Shown here: positions 26,231 through 35,941 of the stretch, one piece after another
How the letters are laid out: each line of letters opens with the position of its first letter
How positions within the stretch are numbered: the first letter of the stretch is position 1
Assembly (NCBI GenBank): GCA_021848095.1
Contig: JAJZMZ010000004.1
Coordinates: 5,111 to 69,110 of the forward strand
Direction of reading: 5' to 3'
Length of the DNA: 64,000 nt
Source of the DNA: Candidatus Micrarchaeota archaeon
Lineage (GTDB): Archaea > Micrarchaeota > Micrarchaeia > Micrarchaeales > CABMGC01
Notes under the pieces: model-generated
The model's database searches: none
Told to the model about the DNA's origin: nothing
What the model saw: the letters and a program-made list of their open reading frames with translations, nothing else
Program-made: the position numbers and the translations under genes

Positions 26231-27166
26231 CTAAGTATTACTGATTTTTAATACATTATTATTATTTTTTGCAAAAATTAAACCCCTTACTCCTTCTTTT
26301 GTTTGAATCGGTATATTTAATAAACTAACCTTAAATCCACAGTTCTGGAGTTTTTCTTTCAGATTAAAATACCCATTATGGTATTCTATTATAATTTCAT
26401 CAAATCTTTTTAAAGTAAAACTATCCGAAGCAAGTATCGAATTGTACTCACCACCTTCTATGTCCATTTTTAAAATAGCATTATTTAAATTATATTTCTT
26501 AACGAGATAATCGAGTGATACAATTTTTATATCTGTTCCAATTGTAACCGTTTCTAATTTTGTTCCAGGCCCACTGTAATCATCTTTAATTTTTATAAAA
26601 CCTATTTTATTACTTAAACCATAATTTAAAAGTTCTACGTTTTTTATTTTATTAATTTTAATATTTTCTACAGATGTTCTATATGCTTTCACTATTGGCT
26701 CTAAAGCTATAACCTTTTTTGCCCCTTTTTTACTAAAGAATATTGCAGTATCTCCTATCCCTGCTCCAGCATCTAAAACTATTTTATTACAAACTCTTAA
26801 TTTAGAGTATTGTCTGTATATGTAATTTTCCCTTATCATGTATATTATTGTTTTGAATTCTATTTCCGATTTATACCTAAATCTAATATTATTAAAACTT
26901 ATTATATTTTTTGAAAATTTTATACCGTATTTATTTGCTACTGCAATTGCTGCTTCTTTAGATTGCCAGAAATTATCATAATCTGCAATATTTTTTATGT
27001 AATATACTGTCCCATTTTTAAGTACTAAATCAATTTTTTTAATAAAACCCATTTTAAATAAAGGAATACTGTACCAATTTTTAATAATTTGACTAATTTC
27101 TTGCAATTGTATAAAATTCGATAAAAATCTTATTTTTACAAAGCCTATAAAATCTATATTTTCCAT
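26231..27166 (-). CDS. FkbM-family SAM-dependent methyltransferase
   Basis: VLDAGAGIGDTAIFF (SAM motif I), ALEP, and the FkbM hallmark LKMDIEGGEYNSIL. Confidence 0.8.
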   Translation of the reverse strand: MENIDFIGFVKIRFLSNFIQLQEISQIIKNWYSIPLFKMGFIKKIDLVLKNGTVYYIKNIADYDNFWQSKEAAIAVANKYGIKFSKNIISFNNIRFRYKSEIEFKTIIYMIRENYIYRQYSKLRVCNKIVLDAGAGIGDTAIFFSKKGAKKVIALEPIVKAYRTSVENIKINKIKNVELLNYGLSNKIGFIKIKDDYSGPGTKLETVTIGTDIKIVSLDYLVKKYNLNNAILKMDIEGGEYNSILASDSFTLKRFDEIIIEYHNGYFNLKEKLQNCGFKVSLLNIPIQTKEGVRGLIFAKNNNNVLKISNT

Positions 27167-27181
27167 AAATTTCCTTTAAAA

Positions 27182-28024
27182 CTAATTTTTATTAAATACC
27201 CCTTCTTTTAATCCTTTTATATATTCCTTATAATATTCAATTTTATTATTTCTTTTAGGTATATATATTATAAAATAATACGATAAATGTATTATTAAAT
27301 ATAATGAAAAAAGAAATTTTTTATATATATCCCCATATCTTTTTTCTAAAAGAATAGCGGATCTCACTACAAAATATAATCGTTTAGGAGTTAAATGTTC
27401 CTCTAATTTTCCATAATCATGTACTGTAACGGCTTTTTTGTATACAAAACTTTCAAACCCGATTTTTAATAGTTTCTGTGGCAAATCTAAATCTTCTCCG
27501 TGTATTGGGAAAGATTCATCATATCCGTTAACCTGCATAAATATTTTTTTACTAATAAAAGCTGCATTTGGCATTGTATCTGTTTTTATCAATATTTTAT
27601 TTGATTTTATTTTAGTTGGGTTGAACTTTATCCAATCCATTTTACCTCCAGAAAACCATAAAGTACCATTTTTATTGTACATTACTGGACCTAAAATACC
27701 GAATCTTTTTTTATTGTACATTTCAACTAATTTAGATATCGCATATTTATCTAGTATATTATCATCATCTAAAAAAAACAAAAACTTTCCTTTAGACATT
27801 CGTGCACCTAAATTTTTAGAATAAGAAGCATACATATTTTTTTTATTTTGAAGTAACTTTACTTGGTACATCATCAGGTCTTTTGTAATATCAACATTTG
27901 GATCATCATTTATTACAATAATTTCAATATTTTTATATGTACTTTTTTTAATGCTAGCGATACACTTTTTTAATTTAGCGATTCTTTTATACGTTGGTAT
28001 TATTACTGAAACTAATTCTTCCAA
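27182..28024 (-). CDS. Glycosyltransferase family 2
   Basis: VSVIIPTYKR...IEIIVINDDPN and FFLDDDNIL. Confidence 0.85.
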   Translation of the reverse strand: MEELVSVIIPTYKRIAKLKKCIASIKKSTYKNIEIIVINDDPNVDITKDLMMYQVKLLQNKKNMYASYSKNLGARMSKGKFLFFLDDDNILDKYAISKLVEMYNKKRFGILGPVMYNKNGTLWFSGGKMDWIKFNPTKIKSNKILIKTDTMPNAAFISKKIFMQVNGYDESFPIHGEDLDLPQKLLKIGFESFVYKKAVTVHDYGKLEEHLTPKRLYFVVRSAILLEKRYGDIYKKFLFSLYLIIHLSYYFIIYIPKRNNKIEYYKEYIKGLKEGVFNKN

Positions 28025-28030
28025 AAATTA

Positions 28031-29002
28031 TCACTTTTTAATATACTCTATTTTATTTTTGTTTAAAATTACATCTTTTAAACCGTTCCAAAATCCTGAA
28101 TTGAAAGCTAAGTATAGATTAAATTTTTCTAAAAATCCTTTATAATTTGGAGTTTTTATTATTGAGTTAATATAATATCCAATATAAAGTGGTAATGAAA
28201 CAGTAAATGTTATTTTTTGCAATGTTTTTTCATATTTATATTCGTAAATTATTTTACTATGTATTCCGTGGTATACTCTAATTGGGCTAATTCTATAAAT
28301 AAATAATGAAGCGGTATTTTTCTCAGAGGTATATTCTATATCGTGGTAAGTTTTTGCTTTTGGATTTATTATTGCGCTATATCCTAGCTTTTTAACTCTA
28401 GCTTCAAAATCACCATCTTCTCCTTGATGAGGTACAAGAAGATTCCACATTCCTGCATTTATCATTGCCTCTCTTCTAAACATAAAAGCATTTCCAAAAT
28501 CATCTACTTCATCACCTTCTTTAATCTGGTTGTGCCATTTTTCTCCTGCATGAGGTGATGTAAATCCACGTATAAATTTACTTCTTACAGTTCCTGCGTG
28601 CATTATTATGTTGGGATGTGAATAATAGAATGCAATAGGTCCAACAATTCCTGCTTTTGGATATTTTTTCATGCTTGAAACAAGCTCTTCAATACATTTT
28701 TTATCTATTACATTATCGTCGTTTAATAAAAATATGTATTTTCCTTTTGTACGCATTAACATCAAATTTACAGTCTTTGCAATTAATTCCTGTTTCTTAT
28801 TTTTGAAATAAATTATTTTTTTATTATTATTGTATCTTTGTTTTATTGCTTTTTCTGCTTCATTATCTGAAGGATCTTCCCCTACAACTACTTCAATATT
28901 TTCATATGTACTTTTTAAAACTGAGTCTATGCATCTTAATACAATAGTTTTTCTTTTCCAGGTAGGTATTATTACTGATATTAAATCCTTATTTTTATTC
29001 AT
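28031..29002 (-). CDS. Glycosyltransferase family 2 (paralogue of 35928-36878)
   Basis: ISVIIPTWKR...IEVVVGEDPSDN and LLNDDNVID. Full-length collinear similarity to 35928-36878. Confidence 0.85.
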   Translation of the reverse strand: MNKNKDLISVIIPTWKRKTIVLRCIDSVLKSTYENIEVVVGEDPSDNEAEKAIKQRYNNNKKIIYFKNKKQELIAKTVNLMLMRTKGKYIFLLNDDNVIDKKCIEELVSSMKKYPKAGIVGPIAFYYSHPNIIMHAGTVRSKFIRGFTSPHAGEKWHNQIKEGDEVDDFGNAFMFRREAMINAGMWNLLVPHQGEDGDFEARVKKLGYSAIINPKAKTYHDIEYTSEKNTASLFIYRISPIRVYHGIHSKIIYEYKYEKTLQKITFTVSLPLYIGYYINSIIKTPNYKGFLEKFNLYLAFNSGFWNGLKDVILNKNKIEYIKK

Positions 29003-29006
29003 CTAT

Positions 29007-29846
29007 TCATCTACCAAAAATATATCCTAATTCGTAAGCTATACCTTTTAGTAATACTAAAATGAAACTATATATAATTAAAGATAGGCTATTAGATTTC
29101 AACGAATCCTTTCTGAATCTTGTTTTTGTTTTTATTAACTCTTTATATTCTGTGTTTTTCAATTCTCTTGCAGCAACTCCATATCTATAATTATGCTTAA
29201 AGAATTCTCGAAAATTCTTTGGTTCGTTATGCAATATTGCATTACTTAATATTCCTATCTTTTTAGATATTTTATACGCTTCATAATATACTATTGCATC
29301 TTCAAAAATCATTATATCATGCAATTTACCAATATTGATATTTTTAAATGCTTTAAGTATAATTTTTCTATCAAAAAAACGAGGTACTAAAACTCCATTA
29401 AGTGGATCTATCTGTGCTTCGTATAGTTTATGTACCAGTTTTCTATCTGCACTAGCTGCTTTTTCAAGAAAAGTAGATTTATTTATGCTGTCCTCTTCTA
29501 AAACTAACATATCATACTTTCTCATCAATTTCATTGATTTTTCAATTATTTTATTATCTTTTAATATCTGGTCAGAATCTACCATTAAGATATATTTCCC
29601 ATTTGAATTTTTAGCTCCAATATATCTAGCCCCAAGAACCCTCCATTTAGTCTGTATTACTTTACACCTAAAGTACCTAGCTATTTTTAACGTATTGTCC
29701 GAAGAAAAACCATCAACTACTATTATTTCAATATTTTTTTCACTTTGTCTTTTAATGCTTTCTAAACAAGCTTTCAAAGTTCTTTCAGAATTAAATGTGG
29801 GTATTACTACAGATATTAAGATATCTCCTTTATCCATTTTAATCAT
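29007..29846 (-). CDS. Glycosyltransferase family 2
   Basis: ISVVIPTFNSERTL...IEIIVVDGFSSDNT and MVDSDQIL. The start overlaps the stop of the upstream EF-Tu-like gene (ATGA). Confidence 0.85.
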   Translation of the reverse strand: MIKMDKGDILISVVIPTFNSERTLKACLESIKRQSEKNIEIIVVDGFSSDNTLKIARYFRCKVIQTKWRVLGARYIGAKNSNGKYILMVDSDQILKDNKIIEKSMKLMRKYDMLVLEEDSINKSTFLEKAASADRKLVHKLYEAQIDPLNGVLVPRFFDRKIILKAFKNINIGKLHDIMIFEDAIVYYEAYKISKKIGILSNAILHNEPKNFREFFKHNYRYGVAARELKNTEYKELIKTKTRFRKDSLKSNSLSLIIYSFILVLLKGIAYELGYIFGR

Positions 29847-30727
29847 TTTATTGCTCCAAAAATTTTAGGACTTTTTTCCTTTATTAATACTGCTACATTA
29901 TCCTTATTTATTTGTATTGGAACCCCTGTTTTTACTTTAAATTTATTACCATCAATTTTGCTTATTTTGCACGGTACCGTATCAAAACCTCTTATTAATG
30001 TGTACTGCATCTCTTCAGAAATATCCTTTTGCATAGGGCTTATTTCAATAACCACTTCTACTTCAGATATTGCTTTTATTTGTTTTTTAGCTAGTATCTC
30101 CCCCTTTTCTATATCCTTCTCTTCAACTCCTTTTACAGCAAGACCTACTCTAGCTCCCTGATCGGCAGTTTCCTTATCTTCATCCTGTACCTGTATTGAA
30201 CGTATCTGTACCTCCTTTCCTGATCTAGTATAAAGTTTATCATGTACCTTAACCGTACCGCTTCTTACTAAACCTAAAAGAACTAGTCCCACTCCCTTAA
30301 CTGGAAAAACCTTATCAATATCAATTAATAGCTCCTCAGTTGGCTTCTTTGCATCTGATATAACTGCTAGCTCATTAATTATCTGTTCTTTTTCAAGCAC
30401 TTTATACTTTAAATTTAGCTTATTTACTAATGAGGATACATCATTGTCATTTGTTAAGATAACTTCTTTATTCAATAGAGCCGCAGCTATTACTGATTCA
30501 CCAAAATTAGCATCAATGCTCTTTGTGCTTATTATTACAATATCTGATAATGTTAATATCTCTCCTAGTGCATAAAACTTTTCAGTAAGGTTTGTTGGAG
30601 TTAATATGGTCAATGAGGTATCATTTATTCTCCTATTGTAAATTGTTACTCCATTCTCACCAGTTTTTTTACCTAGCCACTCTGCAAGCTCTTTGTCATT
30701 AGTTATCGCTACAACTAAATACTTCAT
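29843..30727 (-). CDS. EF-Tu/SelB-family-like protein with a degenerate G domain (pseudo-GTPase) plus a domain-II beta-barrel
   Basis: Residues ~135-215 (IDKVFPVKGVGLVLLGLVRSGTVKVHDKL...VQIRSIQVQDEDKETADQGARVGLAVKGVEEKDIEKGEILA) fit the EF-Tu domain II consensus. The N-terminal half has a G-domain-like length but no GxxxxGK[ST] (closest is LGKKTG), no DxxG and no NKxD. Confidence 0.65.
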   Translation of the reverse strand: MKYLVVAITNDKELAEWLGKKTGENGVTIYNRRINDTSLTILTPTNLTEKFYALGEILTLSDIVIISTKSIDANFGESVIAAALLNKEVILTNDNDVSSLVNKLNLKYKVLEKEQIINELAVISDAKKPTEELLIDIDKVFPVKGVGLVLLGLVRSGTVKVHDKLYTRSGKEVQIRSIQVQDEDKETADQGARVGLAVKGVEEKDIEKGEILAKKQIKAISEVEVVIEISPMQKDISEEMQYTLIRGFDTVPCKISKIDGNKFKVKTGVPIQINKDNVAVLIKEKSPKIFGAIK

Positions 30728-30787
30728 AATTACACTGCATTATTATTTTACAATTAAATATTTAAGTTAATTCTTTATGTTATTTAA

Positions 30788-33082
30788 TTAACTTTCATTA
30801 CGGTCTATCTTAAAAATTTTCATATCCGTGTTCATGTAAGCCAATTTAAAAGTTATATTTCTATTATTTATTGCACATGATTGCACATTACACATAAACA
30901 TAGACTTTATAAGATTTGAGTCAAATAATGCTTTGTTCAGAACATAAACTTCTATTGGTGCTTGAGATATTGGGATATTTCTAACATATGTGTTGTTATA
31001 CAAAACTATCACTCCATATCCATTATTTGTATAATTAATTTCAGAAAAATTTCCGTTAGAATAATCATAAAATAACACATTACTCAATTGATACGTGCCA
31101 TTTTTATCTCCTATTGTTACAATACTTTTGTTTATAGGTGCCGTTTGATTTTTAATATATACATTTGCATAGAAACCTGTGGCTAAATTTGTGAAGTTGT
31201 AAATAGCTCCAGAAAATCCTGTTTCTTCATTTTCATGGTTCATTATATCAAAGTTTCCTGGACTTTTTTGTAACTCTATATATATTCCTGAAATGTAGTT
31301 TATCCAGTAATTTCTAACAAGTAAGTAATTAGGCGCACCCATTGTTTTATTAAAGAAAATACTATTATTTTGGGTATCATTTACTAACCACAAATCAAAA
31401 TTACTTATTTTTGTGGCGTTTTGTGAACCTACGCTATCAATAACGCTTGTTCTATTTCCCCATCCTTCTATAAGAGATCCTTCAGTCCAGAAAGTCAAAA
31501 ATATTGAATTGTTTGGTGTATTTTTAGAAATCCAATTCATTCCTGTTAATGTTTGATTAGTTATGCCATCTGATGGACTTGCTTTTACATATGCAAAACT
31601 CATTGCTATTATTATAATCAACAAGAAAATCAAGAAAATAAATGGCGTTATAATATAATTTCTTGAACTTTCGCTTGATTTTTGCCTATTTTTATTTGAT
31701 ATAGAAGAAATTATCCAATATAATCCATACGCTGAAAATATGGCTAATGGTATTGAGAATAAAGATGAAAATCTGCTCCCCGAAATAGTCAAATAGCTAG
31801 TTATTGCAAAGTACGATGCCAATACTAGTATCTGTGATGTTATGTTTTCTTTTATTTCAACTTCACTATCAAACCAACTTCCATCCTTATTTATTTTCAT
31901 TAATAAGAATGGTATAAAACCAAGTATAGAAATTAGCCAAAAAACAGTTCCATAGTTTTGGAATATCATTCCAAGTGTTATAAACCATGACATAGGTGTA
32001 AAAAACATAGTTATTCCAAAACTCACAATGGCAAAGTTATATGTTGGGGGCAATAACTCCTGAATGGATTTAAAAAGAGGGTTTGTTTGTGTAAATCCAT
32101 TATAAACAAAAATCCTATTTACAAGGCTTTGTAGAAATATTAATATAAAAATAGAACCTACTATTATTATTGTTGCTACAAAAAGTGCTCTTGCCTTATT
32201 ATTTTTAAAAATATTAAAATAGTTAATTAAATATAAAATTAAATAAAAGCTAATAGTTATTAAATAAATCAATATAAAACTACTGCCTAAAAGTGCTTGA
32301 TTACTGCTTTTTATAAATGAATATATTTGATATATACTAACTAACAAAAACCAAGTAAAAAGAGAAAATACAACATATAATGTATTTTTAAAAAGTTCAT
32401 CCTTTTTCACTATATAACTTATACCACTAATTACCAATATCATAATTATATAAATAAGAATTGCAAAACTTGCACCGTTCCACACTAATGAACATAAACT
32501 TAGAAAAATTCCTGACAATAAAGCATATATTATTTTTTTATATATTGATTTTTCTTCAAAAATCTTCAATACAAAAATCAAAGAAACTATCAAAAATATG
32601 CTAACAAATCCATCTCCTCTATAAACTAACGCCATAGTTTTAGATACATTACCTAAACTCACTGCAACAAAAAGCATTACTAATAATCCAAATAATTTGT
32701 TTTTACTTATAAATCTGGATAAATAATAAGCTCCTATTACATCTAAAATCCCAAATAATACTGGTATTACTCTATAAATATCATAATATGAGAAACCAAA
32801 AAATCTCAGAAAATAATATGGGATTATAGTTACCAAATACAAACCATACGGTTCAGTTATCTTAGTATGTATTGGTGATCCAGATAATCCTAGATAGTTT
32901 GGTATCTGAAAATTATTATTTATTGCAGCTTTAATAACCGCAAAATGGTAAAAACCATCAGGTTCAAAAAAACCATTATACTGTAATAATTGTATTCTTA
33001 AGTATACACCTATCAATAATATTATTATGGTTAATATTAAAAAAATGTATTTATTTTTTGAGTGCTGATCCAAATAATCCAC
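30788..33082 (-). CDS. GT-C fold membrane glycosyltransferase; the best fit is an AglB/STT3-like oligosaccharyltransferase with divergent catalytic motifs
   Basis: About 13 predicted TM helices precede a ~250-aa C-terminal soluble domain. The first external loop carries the acidic motif FFEPDGFYHF (compare D-x-D/DPxxYYH in STT3/AglB). After the last TM, FWTEGSLIEGWGNRTSVID sits where AglB/PglB have WWDYG...R/K-T-x-V-x-D. Confidence 0.6.
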   Translation of the reverse strand: MDYLDQHSKNKYIFLILTIIILLIGVYLRIQLLQYNGFFEPDGFYHFAVIKAAINNNFQIPNYLGLSGSPIHTKITEPYGLYLVTIIPYYFLRFFGFSYYDIYRVIPVLFGILDVIGAYYLSRFISKNKLFGLLVMLFVAVSLGNVSKTMALVYRGDGFVSIFLIVSLIFVLKIFEEKSIYKKIIYALLSGIFLSLCSLVWNGASFAILIYIIMILVISGISYIVKKDELFKNTLYVVFSLFTWFLLVSIYQIYSFIKSSNQALLGSSFILIYLITISFYLILYLINYFNIFKNNKARALFVATIIIVGSIFILIFLQSLVNRIFVYNGFTQTNPLFKSIQELLPPTYNFAIVSFGITMFFTPMSWFITLGMIFQNYGTVFWLISILGFIPFLLMKINKDGSWFDSEVEIKENITSQILVLASYFAITSYLTISGSRFSSLFSIPLAIFSAYGLYWIISSISNKNRQKSSESSRNYIITPFIFLIFLLIIIIAMSFAYVKASPSDGITNQTLTGMNWISKNTPNNSIFLTFWTEGSLIEGWGNRTSVIDSVGSQNATKISNFDLWLVNDTQNNSIFFNKTMGAPNYLLVRNYWINYISGIYIELQKSPGNFDIMNHENEETGFSGAIYNFTNLATGFYANVYIKNQTAPINKSIVTIGDKNGTYQLSNVLFYDYSNGNFSEINYTNNGYGVIVLYNNTYVRNIPISQAPIEVYVLNKALFDSNLIKSMFMCNVQSCAINNRNITFKLAYMNTDMKIFKIDRNES

Positions 33083-33713
33083 TATTTAAATAATATTTAT
33101 TGTATAATTTTTTCAATTTTTTATATTTTTTTTCAACGCTACTGCTAAAAATTGTATTACCCAACTCATTTGCATGATATAAATATGCATCCTCTCTAAA
33201 TCCATTATTGCTTTCATTAGAAAAAGCTAATGGTAAGAATCCAAATCTTAAACCTGATTCTTTCATAGTTTTATCTATAATCTCCTCATCCCATGTGTCT
33301 TCTTTTTTCCTTTGTTTCAAAACAAATTTTAAGTAATTATTAACATTTTTATTACATCTTAAAAAAACTACTCCTATATTGAACTTGTCTCCAGTTTCAT
33401 AATGTCTTTGAATTAATATATCCTTATCTTTTATAAGTTTAAACACTTCATTACAAAAAGGCCTTAAAAAAATAATATCCACATCAAAAAGTGCAATTAC
33501 TTCATTATTATTAATTTTACTTGCTTTTTCAATAACCTCTATTTTTTTCCAACCAGCTTCATACCACCCTTTTGTGCGTATGCCACCAGTCCCTTCAAAA
33601 TCAATTTCTATATTGGTTATTTTAGAACTCGGCTCAACTTTTTTCAACGAAGGCAAAAACACCTCGTTATACATATTATATACCTGTTTGGATATTACAG
33701 TATAAATCTTCAT
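33051..33713 (-). CDS. Putative nucleotide-sugar-dependent glycosyltransferase (GT-A-like, DxD = DVD)
   Basis: VIALFDVDIIFLRPF is a DxD motif in a Rossmann-like context. The gene is divergent from glf and its 3' end overlaps the AglB-like ORF by 32 nt. The family assignment is uncertain. Confidence 0.45.
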   Translation of the reverse strand: MKIYTVISKQVYNMYNEVFLPSLKKVEPSSKITNIEIDFEGTGGIRTKGWYEAGWKKIEVIEKASKINNNEVIALFDVDIIFLRPFCNEVFKLIKDKDILIQRHYETGDKFNIGVVFLRCNKNVNNYLKFVLKQRKKEDTWDEEIIDKTMKESGLRFGFLPLAFSNESNNGFREDAYLYHANELGNTIFSSSVEKKYKKLKKLYNKYYLNSGLFGSALKK

Positions 33714-33790
33714 CTGAACACTAATAGAATATATACATATATTTATTTGTAACTTATTAATTATTATTAATTAACAAATCCAAGTTTTTT

Positions 33791-34894
33791 ATGGAATATG
33801 ATTTTTTAATAGTTGGTTCAGGTCTTTCCGGTTCTACTCTTGCGGAGAGGCTTTCACATAAATATAAAAAAATACTACTTATAGATAAGAGAAGTCATTT
33901 AGGAGGTAATGTTTATGATGAATATGATAAGAACAATGTCCTAATACATAAATATGGGCCGCATATTTTTCATACTAATTCTAAAGAAGTTTTTGATTAT
34001 CTTTCTAATTTTACTGAATGGATTAAATATGAACATAAAGTTGTTTCTTTTGTAGACAATAAATTTGTTCCAATTCCAGTAAATAGGAACACATTAAATC
34101 TTATATTTAATGAACATCTTAAAACTGACGAAGAAACAAGCATATATTTAGATAAACTGAAGAAAAATATAAAAATTATTAAATCAGCAAAGGATGTTGT
34201 TTTATCTAAAATTGGCAAAGAATTATATAAAAAACTCTTTGAAGGATATACAAAAAAACAATGGGGTATTAATCCAGAAAAACTATCTCCTGAAATAACT
34301 AAAAGAATACCGATTAGAATTAATTGTGACGACAGGTATTTTAGTGATTTATATCAATACATGCCAAAAGATGGTTATACTGCAATGATTAAAAAAATGT
34401 TATCCAATAAAAAAATAAAAATTCTTTTAAATACTGATTTCAGAAATCTCGACAAAAAAATAACTTATAAAAATTTAATTTATACTGGACCTATAGACTA
34501 CTTTTTTAATTATAAATATGGTAAACTTAATTACAGATCAATATATTTTGAATTTGAGTCATATAATAAAAATCATTATCAAAATTATCCTGTCATAAAT
34601 TATCCTGATGAAAAAATAAACTATACAAGAATAACTGAATTTAAATATTTAACCGGCCAGAAAATTAACAAAACAACAATAGTCAAAGAATATCCTCAAT
34701 CAAAAGGTGATGAGTATTATCCTATTTTAACTGCAGAAGATAAGAAAATTTACGAAAAATATAAAAAAGAAGCATTAAAATTAAAAAATACTTATTTTGT
34801 GGGTAGACTTGCTGAGTTTAAATATTATAATATGGATCAAGCAGTAGCAGCGGCTTTATCTCTGAGTAAAAAAATATTAGCGATGGAAGTTTAA
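33791..34894 (+). CDS. glf: UDP-galactopyranose mutase
   Basis: FAD motif DFLIVGSGLSGSTLAERL, then IDKRSHLGGNVYDE, YGPHIFHTN and GRLAEFKYYNMDQAV at the C-terminus. Length is about 367 aa. Confidence 0.9.
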   Translation: MEYDFLIVGSGLSGSTLAERLSHKYKKILLIDKRSHLGGNVYDEYDKNNVLIHKYGPHIFHTNSKEVFDYLSNFTEWIKYEHKVVSFVDNKFVPIPVNRNTLNLIFNEHLKTDEETSIYLDKLKKNIKIIKSAKDVVLSKIGKELYKKLFEGYTKKQWGINPEKLSPEITKRIPIRINCDDRYFSDLYQYMPKDGYTAMIKKMLSNKKIKILLNTDFRNLDKKITYKNLIYTGPIDYFFNYKYGKLNYRSIYFEFESYNKNHYQNYPVINYPDEKINYTRITEFKYLTGQKINKTTIVKEYPQSKGDEYYPILTAEDKKIYEKYKKEALKLKNTYFVGRLAEFKYYNMDQAVAAALSLSKKILAMEV

Positions 34895-35941
34895 ATGACA
34901 AATAAATTATCAATACAAATATCTACATATAATAATATTAAATTGGCAAAATCACTTATTGATTTATTAAATAAAATTGCAGACGAGTTTTTAATTATTG
35001 ATCAAAGCAATCAATACAATAAAAATTTACTTAAGAAGCTTTCAAAAGTTAATAAAAAAATCAAAATAATTGATTTTATTCCATTAGGATATCCAGAACT
35101 TCTACGTTCATTCGCTATACAAAATTGTAAAAATAATTGGGTTTTACTCGTAGACGTAGGAGAAAAATTAAGCAAAGAATTTATTAAAAAAATACCCTAC
35201 TATATAAATAAAAATAATGTAGATGGTTTTATCTGCAGAAGAATAGATAAATTATCTAAAGGTAGTTATGAAATTTGGCAACCACGTATTTTCAAAAAAG
35301 ATAAAGTTGTTAATTTGGGATTTTTACACGATTTAATAGGCATAAACGGAAAAACAGAAACAATAATTGATAAAAATATATTTATGATAGAAAATATAGA
35401 CTATGAAACAAATCCTGAGAAATTGTTACGTTATTTCAAAATAGAGTCATATACATCAAGATTATTGTATAAAGATTTACTAAAAATAAGTCAAAAAAGA
35501 TCAAAATTACTATTCAAATCTATAAAAATTTATTTAAAAATATTTAAAAAAGATGAAAAAACTGAACTTTCTTATTTTGAATATAAAATAATGAATATAC
35601 TATATCTGTTATATTTGTATATTTCTCAAAAAGAGAAAATAAGTTTTAAAGGTATAAAATTCAAAAATTGGTATAACTCTAAAAAATTTAAGTTTTTTTC
35701 AACTACAAATATTTCTGAAAGAAAACTTCAAATTGAAATAAAAAATGAAATTGATAGATATGGTGGTTTGATCAAATACTTATCTTTAGATAATGCTTTA
35801 GTTATAACAACATTATACAATAAACTGAAAGATTCAAAACTCAAGCCAGAAGATAATCTTATAAATCTGTTAATATTAAGAAATAGATTAGGGTTTAATT
35901 ATTTTAAGTTGATGAAGGAAGATTTCAATGATATTAAATAA
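34895..35941 (+). CDS. Divergent GT2-like glycosyltransferase (paralogue of 23109-24032)
   Basis: LSIQISTYNN...ADEFLIIDQSN and LLVDVGEKL. The start abuts the glf stop directly. Confidence 0.55.
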   Translation: MTNKLSIQISTYNNIKLAKSLIDLLNKIADEFLIIDQSNQYNKNLLKKLSKVNKKIKIIDFIPLGYPELLRSFAIQNCKNNWVLLVDVGEKLSKEFIKKIPYYINKNNVDGFICRRIDKLSKGSYEIWQPRIFKKDKVVNLGFLHDLIGINGKTETIIDKNIFMIENIDYETNPEKLLRYFKIESYTSRLLYKDLLKISQKRSKLLFKSIKIYLKIFKKDEKTELSYFEYKIMNILYLLYLYISQKEKISFKGIKFKNWYNSKKFKFFSTTNISERKLQIEIKNEIDRYGGLIKYLSLDNALVITTLYNKLKDSKLKPEDNLINLLILRNRLGFNYFKLMKEDFNDIK

